From the NCBI GenBank assembly GCA_030390025.1, contig CM059432.1, forward strand, positions 89,902,001-89,966,000: DNA of 64,000 nucleotides. Direction: 5' to 3'. Positions 50,545-62,979 of the stretch are shown here, in pieces; positions within the stretch are counted from its first letter, which is position 1, and each line of letters begins with the position of its first letter. The DNA is from Squalus acanthias. Taxonomy: Eukaryota. The notes under the pieces were generated by a model that worked only from the letters and a program-made list of their open reading frames with translations, did not search any database and was not told the DNA's origin. Position numbers and translations under genes: made by a program.

Positions 50545-52097
50545 ATAGGAATAATAGGAACATAGGGACAGGAGTAGGCCATTCAGCCTCTCGAGCCTGT
50601 CCCACCATTCAGTTGGATCATGGCTGCTCTGTACCTTAACTCCATTGGCCCACCTTGGTTACATAACCTTTAATATCCTTGCCTAACAAAATCTATCAAT
50701 CTCAGTTTTGAAATTTTCAATTGACCTAACCTCAACAGCTTTTTTGGGGAGAGTTTTCCAGATTTCCACTACCTTTCGTGTGAAGTAGAGCCATTGTTTT
50801 CGGTCCCCGCCACAAACTCCGTTCCCTGAGCCACTGACTCCATTCCTCTCCCTTGCATCTGTTTGAAGCCGAACCACATTGTTCGCAACCTTGGTGTCAT
50901 ATTTAAACCTGAAATGAGCTTCTGACCACATACGCATGCCATAACCAAGACCGCCCATTTCTGCCTTCATAACATCGCCCGTCTCCGCTCTTGCCTCAAG
51001 TTATCTGCTGCTGAAACCCTCATCCATGCCTATGTTACCTCTAGACTTAACTATTCCAACGCACTCCTGGCTGGCCTCCCACATTCTACCCTACGTAAAC
51101 TTGAGGTCATCCAAAACACGGCTGCCTGTGTCCTAACTCGCACCAAGTCCCGTTCACCCATCACCCCTGTGCTCGCTGACCTACATTGGCTCCCGGTTAA
51201 GCAATGCCTCGATTTTAAAATTCTCATCCTTATTTTCAAATCCTTCCATGGCCTCGCCCTTCCCTGTCTCTAATCTCTTCCAGCCCCACAACCCTCTCAA
51301 GATATCTACGCTCCTCTAATTCTGGCCTCTTGAGCATCCCTGATTTTAATCGCTCAACCATTGGTGGCCGTGCCTTCTGTTGCCTGGGCCCTAAGCTCTG
51401 GAATTCCCTCCCTAAACCTCTCCGCCTTGCTACCTCTCTTTCCTCCTTTAAGACGCTCCTTAAAACCTCTCTCTTTGACCAAGCTTTTGGTCATCTGCCC
51501 TAATACCTCCTTATGTGGTTCGATGTCAAATTTTTTGTCTTATAACACTCCTGTGAAGTGCCCTGGGACGTTTTACTACGTTAAATGTGCTATATAAAGA
51601 CAAGTTGTTGTTGTTAAGGTGATGCCCCTTTGTTCTGGACTTCCCCACCAGAAGAAATAGTTTCTCTCTATCTGCCCTATCAAATCTTTTAATCATCTTA
51701 AACAACTCAATCATATAACTCCTGAATCTTCTATACTTGAGGGAATACAAGCCTAGTTTATGCAACCTGTCCTCATAATTTAACCCTTTTAGCCCCAGTA
51801 TCATTCTGGTGAATCTGCGCTGCACTCCCTCCAAGGCACAATATATCCTTCCTGAGGAGCAGTGCCCAGAACGGAGTGCAGTGCTCCAGATGTAGTCTAA
51901 CCAGAGCTTTATACAACTGCAGCATTACTTCCACCCTTTTTATTCCAGGCCCTTTGAGATGAAGGCTAACATTCCATTAGCCTTTTAAATTATTTTTGTA
52001 CCTATCCACTAGCTTTTAGTGATGTTTGCATGTAGCTCCCGAAATCGCTCTGCTCCTCCACAGTTCCTAGCTTCTCACCTTTTAGAAAATACTCTGG
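50545..52097 (-). mobile_element. CR1 3' portion split by an L2 insertion (50545-50785 and 51616-52097)
   Basis: EGVQRRFTRMI..LGLYSLKYRRFR, then FTRKVVEIWKTLP..FKTEIDRF and the 3' UTR. Confidence 0.92.
50788..51615 (+). mobile_element. L2 LINE 3' portion
   Basis: AETLIHAYVTSRLNYSNALLAGLP..HITPVLADLHWLPV, L2 stem-loop tail and (GTT)n. Confidence 0.93.
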
Positions 52098-52099
52098 TC

Positions 52100-53505
52100 A
52101 ATCACCCCCTTGGAGGAGATGGTGCTGGCCATTCTTGGCAGGGGCGGGCCTGAAAGGATACAAGATGCTGGTATCCTCATATGTTATCCTCCTCATATCC
52201 CACTTCCCCCCTCATTCCACAATATCTTCTGATTTACAAGGTTAGCATGGTGCAAGCATGCAGCTCGTGCTTTCCCATCCTCCCCTCCCCAAAATTCTAA
52301 CCTTGTGCCTTCCTCATTTCACACATCCAAGAAATCCAGCCTGCTCAGTCAGTGGTTGACCAAGAAGAGGGAGAGGAAAGTGAAGAAGAAGCAACAACAC
52401 TGTCACTCTATTTCACACTGCCAGCCACCAGCTCCTCGAGATCGTCTTGCAATGCCATCTGCAGTATCCCCCACTGAAAGTCAGCAGTCTTCCACCAGCC
52501 ATGCTGCAGCCACTGGGGTAGCACTGCGTGACATCAGTAGGATAGGCAAAGGCACACACAAGACAGTCACTAAGGGAATGCACAAGGGTGATGAGTTGAT
52601 TTCTTGATGTCATATTGGATGGATAGATGTATAAAGTTGGATTGGAAAGTTTGCTTTGTGGTGGCTTTTATTTCAGCCTTGTGGCCAAGAGGACACTGTA
52701 ATGGTCAGTAACAGAGGGCAGGTAAGGTATGGGGCAAATGTTGAAAGGGGAATTGGGGTTGTGGTCACTGGTACCGCAGATGGATGATTCTATCCTGGAT
52801 ATCCCAGCCAGAAGGGGGCTGTATCCTTCCTTCCGCTTCCTCCTCTTCTGTTTCTTCCTCTTCCCTCTGCGAGCAGATGCTGGAAATCTGAAATAACAAC
52901 ATAAAATGCTGGAAATACTCAGCAGGTCAGGCAGCATCTTGACCTGAGACCTGAACTCAGTTTCTCTCTCCATGGATGCTGCCTGACCTGCTGAGTATTT
53001 CCAGCATTTTCTGTCTTCTTAGAGGCCTTCCTTTACCATCTGAAGCCTTGCAAGCATCCAGCAGCACTCTCAGCACTCTCTGTACACTTTAAAAACTTTT
53101 AACATCTATTGCACCAAGCCACTACTTCAGTAAAATATTTTTTTAAAGTCAAAAAGCTTAAATGCAAACTTACCTGAAAGATGTGTGTGTCCCTTTAAGA
53201 AGCGCTGACAGCGTCTCTCCAGGTTCACGCATGTTTTTCTGTGCATGCTTAGGATCCAGTGTAATGATGAGTGAAAACATCCAAGTTAGCAGTCGTGGCG
53301 TAAAGTCAGGCGATGTACGCCGATTGATGTCACGATCTGCTGATTTACCTTTCAGAGGTCAGAGCTGTCAATGGCAATGCTATGGCCCTTACCAAACTGG
53401 CGGCTGCCGTATCCTGCGCCAGAAGCGGCCGGAAGCGAGGCGGCCATCACTTTTTCAAGAAAACCAGCGTTAACGGCCGGCGCTAAGGTAAGCAATTTCT
53501 AGGCC
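52100..53505 (-). mobile_element. Non-autonomous Harbinger derivative, left end lost, carrying a PLE palindrome (52873-53014)
   Basis: Ends AATTTCTAGGCC. Collinear with 59550-60962, including a deleted Myb exon 3 on plus and the transposase 3' end on minus. Confidence 0.88.
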
Positions 53506-55344
53506 ACTGTCTGCAATGCTATGTGGTAGATATTAATCTTCAGTCACAGTAGTGTGCCAGTTGAATAAGGTATGAATTATTTACTGTGAGTTGTTGCTAT
53601 GATCAACTTGCAGAACATGATGTAATCGATGGAATCACGAGAAAAAAAGTATAAATAAGTAACTTTCAAACAATTTTCTATTCACTTGTGCCTCCACAAG
53701 CCATAAGTTAGCACTTCTATGTAATTTAATGCTTTAGCTATTTGCATAGGACTTTGGCTTTTGAGCCAGTATTGATCCACTTGAAACTAAAGTAAAAATG
53801 TGGGTATTACACTGTAAAGGCACTTTTCAAGGATTGCATTTGAAGAGCTGAAACTAGTTCTATTTACAGCTACGTTATGCAGCTAACATTGCATTAATAC
53901 TGCAGCTAATGACCTGACACCTACTATCTGCCTTGCTGTAATGTGCATTTGGCAGACGTATTATAGTGTGCCATGCCCTAAGGCTGACTGACACGGAGTT
54001 GCAGTTACAGTGGAGCCCTACTCATGCATGCTTTGATGCATGTGCAGAACTCCACTCCTCTGGGAACTCATTTTTAATGTCAGCAGAGGGCAGGTGTAAA
54101 GTCCATTCTCCTAACATTAAATACATTCTATTCAAAGTTTTAAAAGTTCCCTGGAGATCCAGCGGACAGCCTGGGCACGGTTGTAATGCTGCTTCACGCT
54201 ATGCATTCCCCTCCTCATTAATTTTAGTGAAAATGTAGTGCAATGTTAGGAGAAAGTACCAGTGGACAATTCATTCACATTTAGTGCTGATCTGAACATT
54301 CATATTCCTTTAAAAAAAGGAGTTAAAAAGGCTAGCAGGAAGTAGTAAAATATTTGATTTTTTTTGCTTAGTAAGGCCTCGATAAAGGTCACTAAAAATA
54401 AACTCACACTGCATTTTGCTGCTGCACTCAAATCAAAAGGTGAGAGTTTTATTCTGGGGTCAGACCTGGCATCAGTGAGCTTAAGAAACAGGAAGATTTT
54501 GAAGTGTCACCACAGGAGTGATGGAAATGAATAGTACAGAGCAATTTTCTGAATGAGTGGAGGGAATAGGAGGTGGACAATTTGCAGAAGGTATTCTCTA
54601 AGGGAGTTGAAACTGGCCAGTACTGCATTCTTGAAATGAAACCTTAAGGCCTCCATAGCAACAGGGGGAGCATTCATGAGAGAAGCCCCTACTGTGTCTG
54701 TGGTCTGTGTAACTGAGGTCACCTTTGCTGTTGTCACATGCTCAATGACAGACTGCAGTGCATACATAAAAAACAATGTTCCTGACATAATTTATGTGAG
54801 AGATAGTACTACTTATCTTTGTTTTGGACTCTCCACACTACCCTTCAATGTAGTGTGAAATGAGGCAAGTGACTTGCAATACAGTTCTGCTGCTGCAACA
54901 ACCTCTGTTTGAAAGCAGGCACACTGGCCCCTCATGAACCTCTGGCCCTTCCTGAACCCCTTGCTCACTACTGACTGGTGCCTCATTCTATGCTTCCTCA
55001 TACTCCTCACTTTTTGCTTCTCCTGCAGTGCATGTATCTCTGCTGTTGCTTCCAGTAAGGGTAGTGACAGTTGATGCTCTGTTATGTGCTTGCACGCAAT
55101 CAGTGTGTATGGGTACCTTTGCGCAACATCTCTTGAAAATCCTAGAATATATAATTAATATTGTATATATCAGTAGTTCTTTGCACCCTTCCACTCTATA
55201 GTGCAAAGCCTTTTAAATTTGCCATCCTGAATAAATGCTTCCTTATTTGGAGCAAACTGTTTAAGATAGAAATAAAATCCAGAGCAAGAAAATGGCTATT
55301 TGGTCTAATGCAGCATCAAGCCCTCTCGATTCATAATCCATATA

Positions 55345-55436
55345 TTCATACAGAAAGTTCTGGCAACATGCAACAAATCAGTCAGCATCTGTAAAGAGAA
55401 AAGACGGGTTTTGACATTTCAGGTGTAACCCTTCAC
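55345..55436 (-). mobile_element. Decayed PLE pLTR fragment (a similar scrap lies at about 23945-23990)
   Basis: cagcatctgtaaagagaaaagac..catttcaggtgtaacccttca resembles the 7896 pLTR. The hammerhead CTGA core is missing. Confidence 0.55.
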
Positions 55437-55874
55437 TTTTATTAGATTTGATTATTCATACTGTGGGGTCCACCACCCGATCCACATTGTGCTTTACTGT
55501 TATGTGTGAGTTTTACCTTTAAGCATAAGAGCAGTGGGACATAAGACACAGCAATTTGGCCCCGAGAAGTCCTTTCTACAGTACATTCTGTTTCCCATTG
55601 TGGCATGTATAATGTAACTTGCCTAACCTTGCTATTTTCTCTTATAATACTGTATTATGTCCTCTGCTACTACTTTGCAACAATATTTATGCCTCACTTT
55701 TGTACTTTTCTTTTAAGTGTGTAGCTTCTTATTAACCTGCAGCCAGGCTCTCTCAGTTGTCGATAACAACATTTACTCTTTCCTGCTTGTTGCCTTCTTT
55801 GGATATTTAGAGGCAGTTCTCTCCCACCAAAAGCATTCCCCTGTTTTTCATTAAAAGAGGAAAGTTAAGGTGAT

Positions 55875-56490
55875 CACAAGATAATTAAGGACGATGAAGG
55901 CCGTTTGGTCCATCTTAGTTCACCCATCCAGAAAGAGCCTAAGTTCCTCCATTGCAGCAACCAATTGGTTCTTAAATGATTCCAAGGTCTTTGCCTCCAC
56001 TATTCTATCCGGGATTCCATTCTGTGTGTTAAACACTCTTTGTGTGAAGAATACTTCCTGATACCAGTCCTAAATTTGCCTTTTACAAGCATCACTTTGT
56101 CCTACTCTCACAATTTAGGTTAAAATAAATTTCCGGATTTACTTTCTCCATACCTTTTACTGTCTTATATACCTCTAATATTTTCTTTCAGGTAACTCCT
56201 TTTATGGCCAAAAAGCCCAAGTTTCTCCAGTTTTGCCTTATAACTCAGACCTCGAATACTATGGATCAGCCTTGTGGTTCTTTTCTCTACACTTCCTCTA
56301 GTGCTTGAATACTTGACTTGTGTCTCAGTATCCTGAACTGGACACAGTGCTTAAGGTGTGGTCTGAATGGGGCACCATACAGTTTGAGCATGATTTTCTC
56401 TGATTTGTATTCTACTGTTTTGGTGAAATAGTTCAATATTCTATTGGCTTTGTTCGTTGTTGCTCTGCATTGTTTGTACATGTTGGGGTG
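55875..56490 (-). mobile_element. Old CR1 3' portion
   Basis: NKANRILNYFTKTVEYKSEKIMLKLY..RPHLKHCVQF. Its 3' end resembles 9745-9900. Confidence 0.85.
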
Positions 56491-56494
56491 TGGT

Positions 56495-56925
56495 GCATGT
56501 AGCGCCTGTCTTTCGGGTGTGAAGCAGGTGCAAATCATACCAATTTAGCAGTGGGACGGCCTGCTCCCAACCTGCGCAGGCAATGGTTCCACTGCTACGT
56601 TCGTGGGGCCCATTCTTTTAGTGCCTGTTGAAGGACCCCTTCACAAAATTAGTCACCGATGAGTAGGACAGGCATGGGCTGCACCATTCGGGATTCTTCA
56701 GTGACCCCCGCGGCCGCCAACGACAGGTAGGTATATTTTTCATTTTCTTGAAAACTTTCTGTGGAGCCAAGAAGAGTAGGAGTGCTCCCCACAAACTCCA
56801 TAGTCCTAGCAATCGCTCCATCTCATTGCCTGCTCCAACACCCACTACCGGAAATTACCTGAGGGCTGCTGCCGGCAAAGCAAGTGGCTCAAAATTTAAT
56901 CCTGGAGAAGGGCGAGCTGCCTGTG
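56495..56925. mobile_element. GC-rich non-autonomous DNA element fragment
   Basis: gtggagccaagaagagtaggagtgctcc core shared with the 11.4 kb and 45.5 kb elements. Confidence 0.45.
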
Positions 56926-58728
56926 GTCAAGGCAGAGGAAAAGCAGTTCAGAGTTCCTTTATAATATTTGGCTAGTGAACCTGTTGCAAAGTGCACATTT
57001 GTGATGATATTAGGAATCAATGTGATGCCCCCATGGTAAAATAGTTGGTCACTATTCACTGCATAGACTTACCCTTGGATAAAGAATTGGAGTATTGCCT
57101 GGTCCACAGTAAAATTTAGAAAAGATATTAAAGGAATAAAATCTAGGGAAAGTGCCATTGGTAATTTTACTGCTTTGTTACCTGCACTTGACTCTAAAGA
57201 GCTGACATCACGTACTTGATCACTATTTACTAACCCGCTTATTAGATTATTTGGCTCACATACATATGCTCCAGTTTTGAAGCAGACTGTCATGAAATAG
57301 CATTTTACTTTGTAACTGCAAAGTGCAGTGCTACATAACTCATGTTCTGACCAAACCTCCATGCTGCAATAAAAAATATGAACTGGGGAAAGGGGGTGGG
57401 TTCAAATGACTGCGCTCATTTCCGATCGGTTCCACTGTGTTTGTTAGTAAATTAGTCATTAAACAAGGGATTAGAGTTAATGATGATTAAACAATTTGTG
57501 CTGTCTCATAAGTAGTTTTCTAAAATGTGTCTAATTTGGCATGATATGTAGAATTCTCATTATCACAGCAGCAGCTATTGGTATTAGAGAGATGATACCA
57601 AGGCTTCAAGAAGTCCAATGGCTTTATCTCCATTTCTGTTTTTATGGATCCGCACACATCTTGTCCAACTTTGCAGAACCCTTGCTGCTTTTTGAATCTA
57701 TAATTACTAAACTGATTACCCCTGTGAATTAAAAGCTGTTCCACAAACTGTCTTAAACACTGAACACAGGGGATCTTACTAGTGATCACGGGAAATGTAA
57801 AAGGGCCATAACTCATGAGCACCGCCTGTACAAGTTAGTTCTGAAAACCTTTGTCCTGAGCGAGAGCACACTGGCAATTCACTGTCACTGCTGGGACCTT
57901 CTCTTTTATTGTGCAAGTTGTTTCTGTGGTTTTAATTATTTTAATAGGCGCATGGGATCACGGCATGGTGTTTAAATTCATTCTGGAATCCTGTGTGCAG
58001 CTGGCGACCTTTAAGTGATAGTTCACTCAAGTGGATTATTGTTTTCATTCTTCATTTGAGTGAATTATCACTTGTTCAGGCGGCGAAAATAACATTCAAT
58101 TCCACAGAGTTGAACTGATTAATTTAATTAATTAGTGAAGGATTCAGAGCTCTTAGTTGCAAAACACTTACAAAAATAATTTTGTCCATCAAAAAAAGAT
58201 TTAACTCAAAAAAAAAATGGTATCATTTTGAAATTAACCATGTAGAGTTCTTGTTTATTCAAAGGGGAGCTGCACAAAGAATGTTTTGTGAGTGTTTTGT
58301 GAATGGAGACCCAGGTGCTTGTTGATTGTTGACTTGCTAAAGATGTGACTGACTGTATAGTACACAGCTGAATATTGTTTCAACCAGCAGAAGTAAAGGA
58401 GAGTGCACTGTAGCATTATTAGCCATGTTTTTTTTCCAAAACTAAATATCTGGTCTAAACAACATTCATGTCATGTAGTTTAGCATTCCTAGAAAACAAT
58501 CCAGTTGTTTCTTCCAAAAATCAGTTCTCTGTCAAATTCCTACAGCCATTTTCAGATTATCAAAGATGATGGCAAAAATGCAAGTCCATTTTCAGTTGCA
58601 GAAGTGAGACTGTGGATAATTTGAAAGGGGTGATTCTTTTTCAAAAACCCATACCTTTGAAACTCTCCCAAGAACACCTTATTGTAGAAATTGTGTTTGT
58701 CCATAGAGCCCTGTAGTTCAAACATTCA

Positions 58729-60962
58729 GGGCTAAAAATTCATGGCCGCCACGAGAGTTGCCGGTGTCACCGCGGCCTCTGGTTAATGGCCACTGAAAAT
58801 GGACAAAGCGCTACAGGAGAAAAATTCGCTTTGTGGGCTAAAGATTTTTAGCCCAGCTCTAACTTACCGTTTAACGCCCTCCTGGCATTAGTGCAGGCAT
58901 GGGAGTCGAAGTTACCGTCCAGAAGCAGCATTCAATGTTCCAACAGCCTCTGGAAGCGAGGCAATGGAGCTTGCTAGGCATTGTGGGGAATTAAAAGGGC
59001 AATGCCTTCTGAACTAATAAAAATTAAAATGAAGTGATAAAATGCAGTTTTCAGCCCTTAATGCCTTTTAAAAAAAATTAACATTAAAAAGAAGTTCCAA
59101 ATGGGAGTCTGCAGCACTTAAAGCTGACTTCCCTTCCGAACCTCAAAAAATGGGAAAAGTGCTTCAGCACTAGCACAAATGTCTCAGCAAGCCAGGAAAA
59201 GGGCACCCAGGGTCTCGCACGCAGCACTCCAGCTTTGTGCAGGGGGGTCAACACTGCAAGAGAGGTTCTCTACCCACGGAGGCCAGGAGGCCGTCCAAAA
59301 AGAACAATGTGGGACCAGATCACCGAGGCCATCACTGCCAGCAGTGTCGCCCCCACCACCTGGCTCCAGTGCCCAAAGAAGTTTCATGACCTCAGACCAC
59401 TGGTCAAGGTCAGTGAATGCATCTTCAAAAGCCGTCTCCTACCAACTGCACCACTAGCCTCACACACTGCTCAATGCACGACTTCCCGCACCCCCCCCAC
59501 CCCCGACCCCAATCACTCACCTACCAACAATCTGCACCAATCATGAGGCTCACCCCTTAGAGGAGAAGGTGCAGGCCATTCTTGGCAGGGGCATGGCTGA
59601 GATACAAGATGCTGGTATCCTCATACATTATCCTCCTCCTCACCTGAACCTCTTGGTTTCCCTCCCTCCCCTCACCACAACTCTACCCTTGTGCCTTCCT
59701 CATTTCACATACCCAAGAAATGCAGCCTGCCCAGCCAGTGGTTGACCAAGAAGAGGGAGAGGAGAGTGAAGAAGAAGAAGAAGAAAAAGATGAAACACCG
59801 CCACTCAATTTGATACTCCCAACCACCAGCTCCTCAAAGTCGACCAGGATGGCCATTTGTAGTGTCCCTACCGAAGGTCAGCAGCCTTCCACCAGCCATG
59901 CTGCAGCCACTGGGGTAGCACTGCGTGACATCAGTAGGATAGGCAAAGGCACACACAAGACAGTCACTAAAAGAACACACAAGGGTGATGAGTTGATTTA
60001 TTGATGTCATATTGGATGGATAGATGTATAAAGTTGGATTGGAAGGTTTGCTTTGTGGTGGCTTTTATTTCAGCATTGTGGCCAAAAGGACGCTGTGATG
60101 GTCGGTAACAGAGGGAAAGTAAGGTGTGGCACAAATGTTGAAAGGGGAATTGGGATTGTGGTAACTGGTACCACAGGCGGATGATTCCATCCCGGATATC
60201 CCGGCCAGAAAGGGGCTGTCTGGCTTCCTCCTCTTTGGCTTCCTCCTCTTGGCTTCCTCCTCTTCTGTTTCTTCCTCTTCTACGACTTCCTCTTCTGCTT
60301 CTTCCGCTTCCCTCTGCGAGCAGATGCTGTAAATTTGAAATGACAGCATAAAATGCTGGAAATACTCAGCAGGTCAGGCAGCATCTTGACCTGATTCGTG
60401 AATTCTGGTTCTCTCTCCACGGATGCTACCTGACCTGATGAGTATTTCCAGCATTTTCTGTCTTCTCAGAGGCCTTCCTTTACCATCTGAATCCTTGCAA
60501 GCATCCAGCAGCATGCCCGACACTCCTTGCACACTTAAAAAACTTTTAACATGTATTGCAGCAAGCCACTACTTCAATAAAATCAAATAAAAAACCCAGT
60601 CCAAAAGCTTAAATGCAAACTTACCTGAAAGATGTGTGTGTCCCTTTAAGAGGTGCTGACAGCGCCACTGTCAGTCTGCTTGCACGCTGGGTTTTCATGG
60701 CAAGCTTAGGACCCAGCGCTGAACTCAGCTCAAAGGTCCAAGTTCGCCGTGGTGACGTTAAGTCAGCGTTGCATACCGACTGACGTCACCTCTGCCTCAT
60801 TTTAATTTGCAGGGTGATGGATCTTACTGGCAGCGCTGCCAAGCCTTGGAAAATGGCGGACGCCGCAGGACCCGCCACCAGCTGGCGAAAGAGCGGCAGC
60901 CGCCCTCGTTATGCAACTTTTTGCTGGTAACGGGTGACGTTAAGCCCCTGAACCTTTAGCCC
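58729..60962 (-). mobile_element. Non-autonomous Harbinger with both TIRs, Myb/SANT remnant on plus (about 59179-60004) and a PLE palindrome (60320-60461)
   Basis: TIRs GGGCTAAAAATTC and GAACCTTTAGCCC, flanked by TCA and TGA. MSQQARKRAPRVS..REVLYP..WDQITEAI..TWLQCPKKFHDL, donor aag|gtcagt. Confidence 0.9.
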
Positions 60963-62074
60963 TGAGAGTCTGAATCTTCAACCAGGAGATGACAGGTTTG
61001 AATCTCAGGTTAGCCTGCTGAAACAGCCTGCTGTCGCTGCTGGACTGAGGTCCATTTCCTTGCAGCTGAACTGTTGGATGGAACGCCAGTCCATCTCAAG
61101 GAAGCCAGCACTGTCAAGCTCAACGCACTGAAAACTCCACTCAGCTGACTAATTGAACAGAGTCTCTTTGTGCCAAAATGACCCTGGGCTAGAAAAGATG
61201 TATTAGCGAGTTAACGGAGGGAATAAAAAAATAATAGGGAAAAAACTAAAATGAAAATAAATAAGACCTTTCGGGATAAAAATTTGGTTGCGTAGCTCAT
61301 GCTGTTTGGGTGGTGCGGGTGCCGAATTGGGTCCAAAATGGCGTCTGAGCAGCGCACGCACAATTCTGGAGCCGGCCATGTCGTACGCCATCTTGGTGAG
61401 AGCAGCAGGGTGGCCGAAAGGAGCGTGCGCTGGGAGTATGGTAAGTATACAGATCGTGATGTCAATTAACATGCGACGCTGATCTGATGCCAGCGCTGCA
61501 GCCCTGTGTTGACCTCGCACAGCTGACCATGTGTTCAGCAGCAAGAAGGACCCCCCACACCAGCGCTATTTAAAGGGATCATCACCAACTTTCAGGTAAC
61601 TTGCTTTTTGATTTCTACTGGCTCTGTGTAAGTTTGTGAAAGTGTTTGCAGCTTTCTAGAGTTATTTAAAGTTGGTGAGGTGACAGGGAGTGGTGCTGCA
61701 AGTGGAGAAGGCCTTAGTTTTGACTTCAAGGGTTCTGGTCAGACCACTTGCTCCCAGTCATGGGTGCTCTAGTTTTCATTCCCCTTGAACCTGCAGCATG
61801 ACACGGAGATGGAGCAGAGGCAGCAAAGAAGAGGACAAGCTGCTCGTAGATGGAGAAGGAGGAGGGGAAGAAGGGCTCTCATCTAGGGTCTTCCGAGAGC
61901 AATTCTCAGTCTGAGCCAGGAGCAGTGTGTGAGGTGTCTGCGCTTTACGAAAAAGGTGCTCACAGAACTCTGCCACATCTTGCAACCAGACCTGCAGCCT
62001 CACGCTAAGGGCAAGGACGGCACTGCCAGTGGCTGTGAAGGTGACCGTGGCCCTGAATTTCTTCGCATCGGGAT

Positions 62075-62230
62075 CATTGTTCCCGCAAATTTTTTTTGGG
62101 GTGTGCTGCCCCTTTATAGGGCTGCGCGGCCCATTCAATTTCTCACGCACACGCGGTTATTTCAATTGTAAAGTCATTGTGCAGCCTGTGCGGGATCTCC
62201 AGACCACCACACAACTTAATTGGAACATTG
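62075..62230. mobile_element. hAT-like MITE inserted in the Harbinger transposase
   Basis: Ends CATTGTTCC and GGAACATTG, with imperfect 8-bp flanks ATCGGGAT and TTCAGGAT. It splits the ASG|SFQ motif that is contiguous in copy A1. Confidence 0.65.
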
Positions 62231-62362
62231 TTCAGGATCCTTTCAGGCTGGAGTAGGCGACATCTGTAGCATCTCTCAGTTCGCTATCCACTGCTGCATA
62301 AGAGAGATGGCAGAAGCTCTTTATGCCAGGAGAGGGGACTTCATTGTCTTCTCTCTGACCAG

Positions 62363-62722
62363 AGTGGGCAGTTTTAGCAATGGAGAGCAGGACCCAAAAA
62401 TGCTTTTTATGATCTAGCCATATCTGGTGATGGATGGTTAGAACAGTTGTCCGCCAAAGACGTTCAAATCAGCGTTCCTTGGACTTAAGGGAGCGGAGAT
62501 GAGGGGTATAGCAGAGGGAATGACTAGGATGAGAGAGTGTAATGATTTTAGTGGGGACAAAGGCATCAAGGGTAGTGGAGAGGGTGTGATTTAGCAAATA
62601 AGTAGCTGCAGAAATGTCATAAAGAATTGTAAGCCAAAGGCTAGATAGTTGGGAATTAGAAAGTGCTGTGCTAAGGGACTTGGGGGAGAGCTCTTTCCAG
62701 GGGCAGACACAGAAAGAAGTGG
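62363..62722 (-). mobile_element. L2 ORF2 internal fragment replacing the middle of Harbinger A2
   Basis: PWKELSPKSLSTALS..LNHTLSTTLDAFVP..YTPHLRSLKSKER resembles the L2 endonuclease-RT linker. Confidence 0.7.
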
Positions 62723-62893
62723 CTACAGCTTGGCTGGTGGAAGGCTGCTGACTTTCCGTGGGGGAGACGGCAGATGACCTTGCAGGACAACCTTGAGGAG
62801 CTCTGGGCCTAGTAGGCCCGGCTTTGGACTGTACCACCTCATCATGGGCGGCAGCAGTCTGGGCTGGCTGGCTGACAGGCAACAGCAAGGGCA

Positions 62894-62979
62894 CTGACGA
62901 AGGAGCAGCGCTCCGAAAGCTTGTGATTTCAAATAAAACTGTTGGACTATAACCTGGTGTTGTGCGACTTCTCACATTT
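62894..62979 (+). mobile_element. Short PLE pLTR insertion with hammerhead core in the Harbinger A2 Myb gene
   Basis: CTGACGA-a-ggagc[agc]gctcc-GAAA-gcTT-gtga, then aataaaactgttggactataacctggtgttgtgcgac. The 5' strand of stem I is lost by truncation. Confidence 0.88.

Noticed and set aside
52873..53014. Hammerhead ribozyme in the PLE palindromes here, at 60320-60461 and at 55345-55436
   Set aside because: The CTGANGA and/or GAAA core is deleted or mutated.
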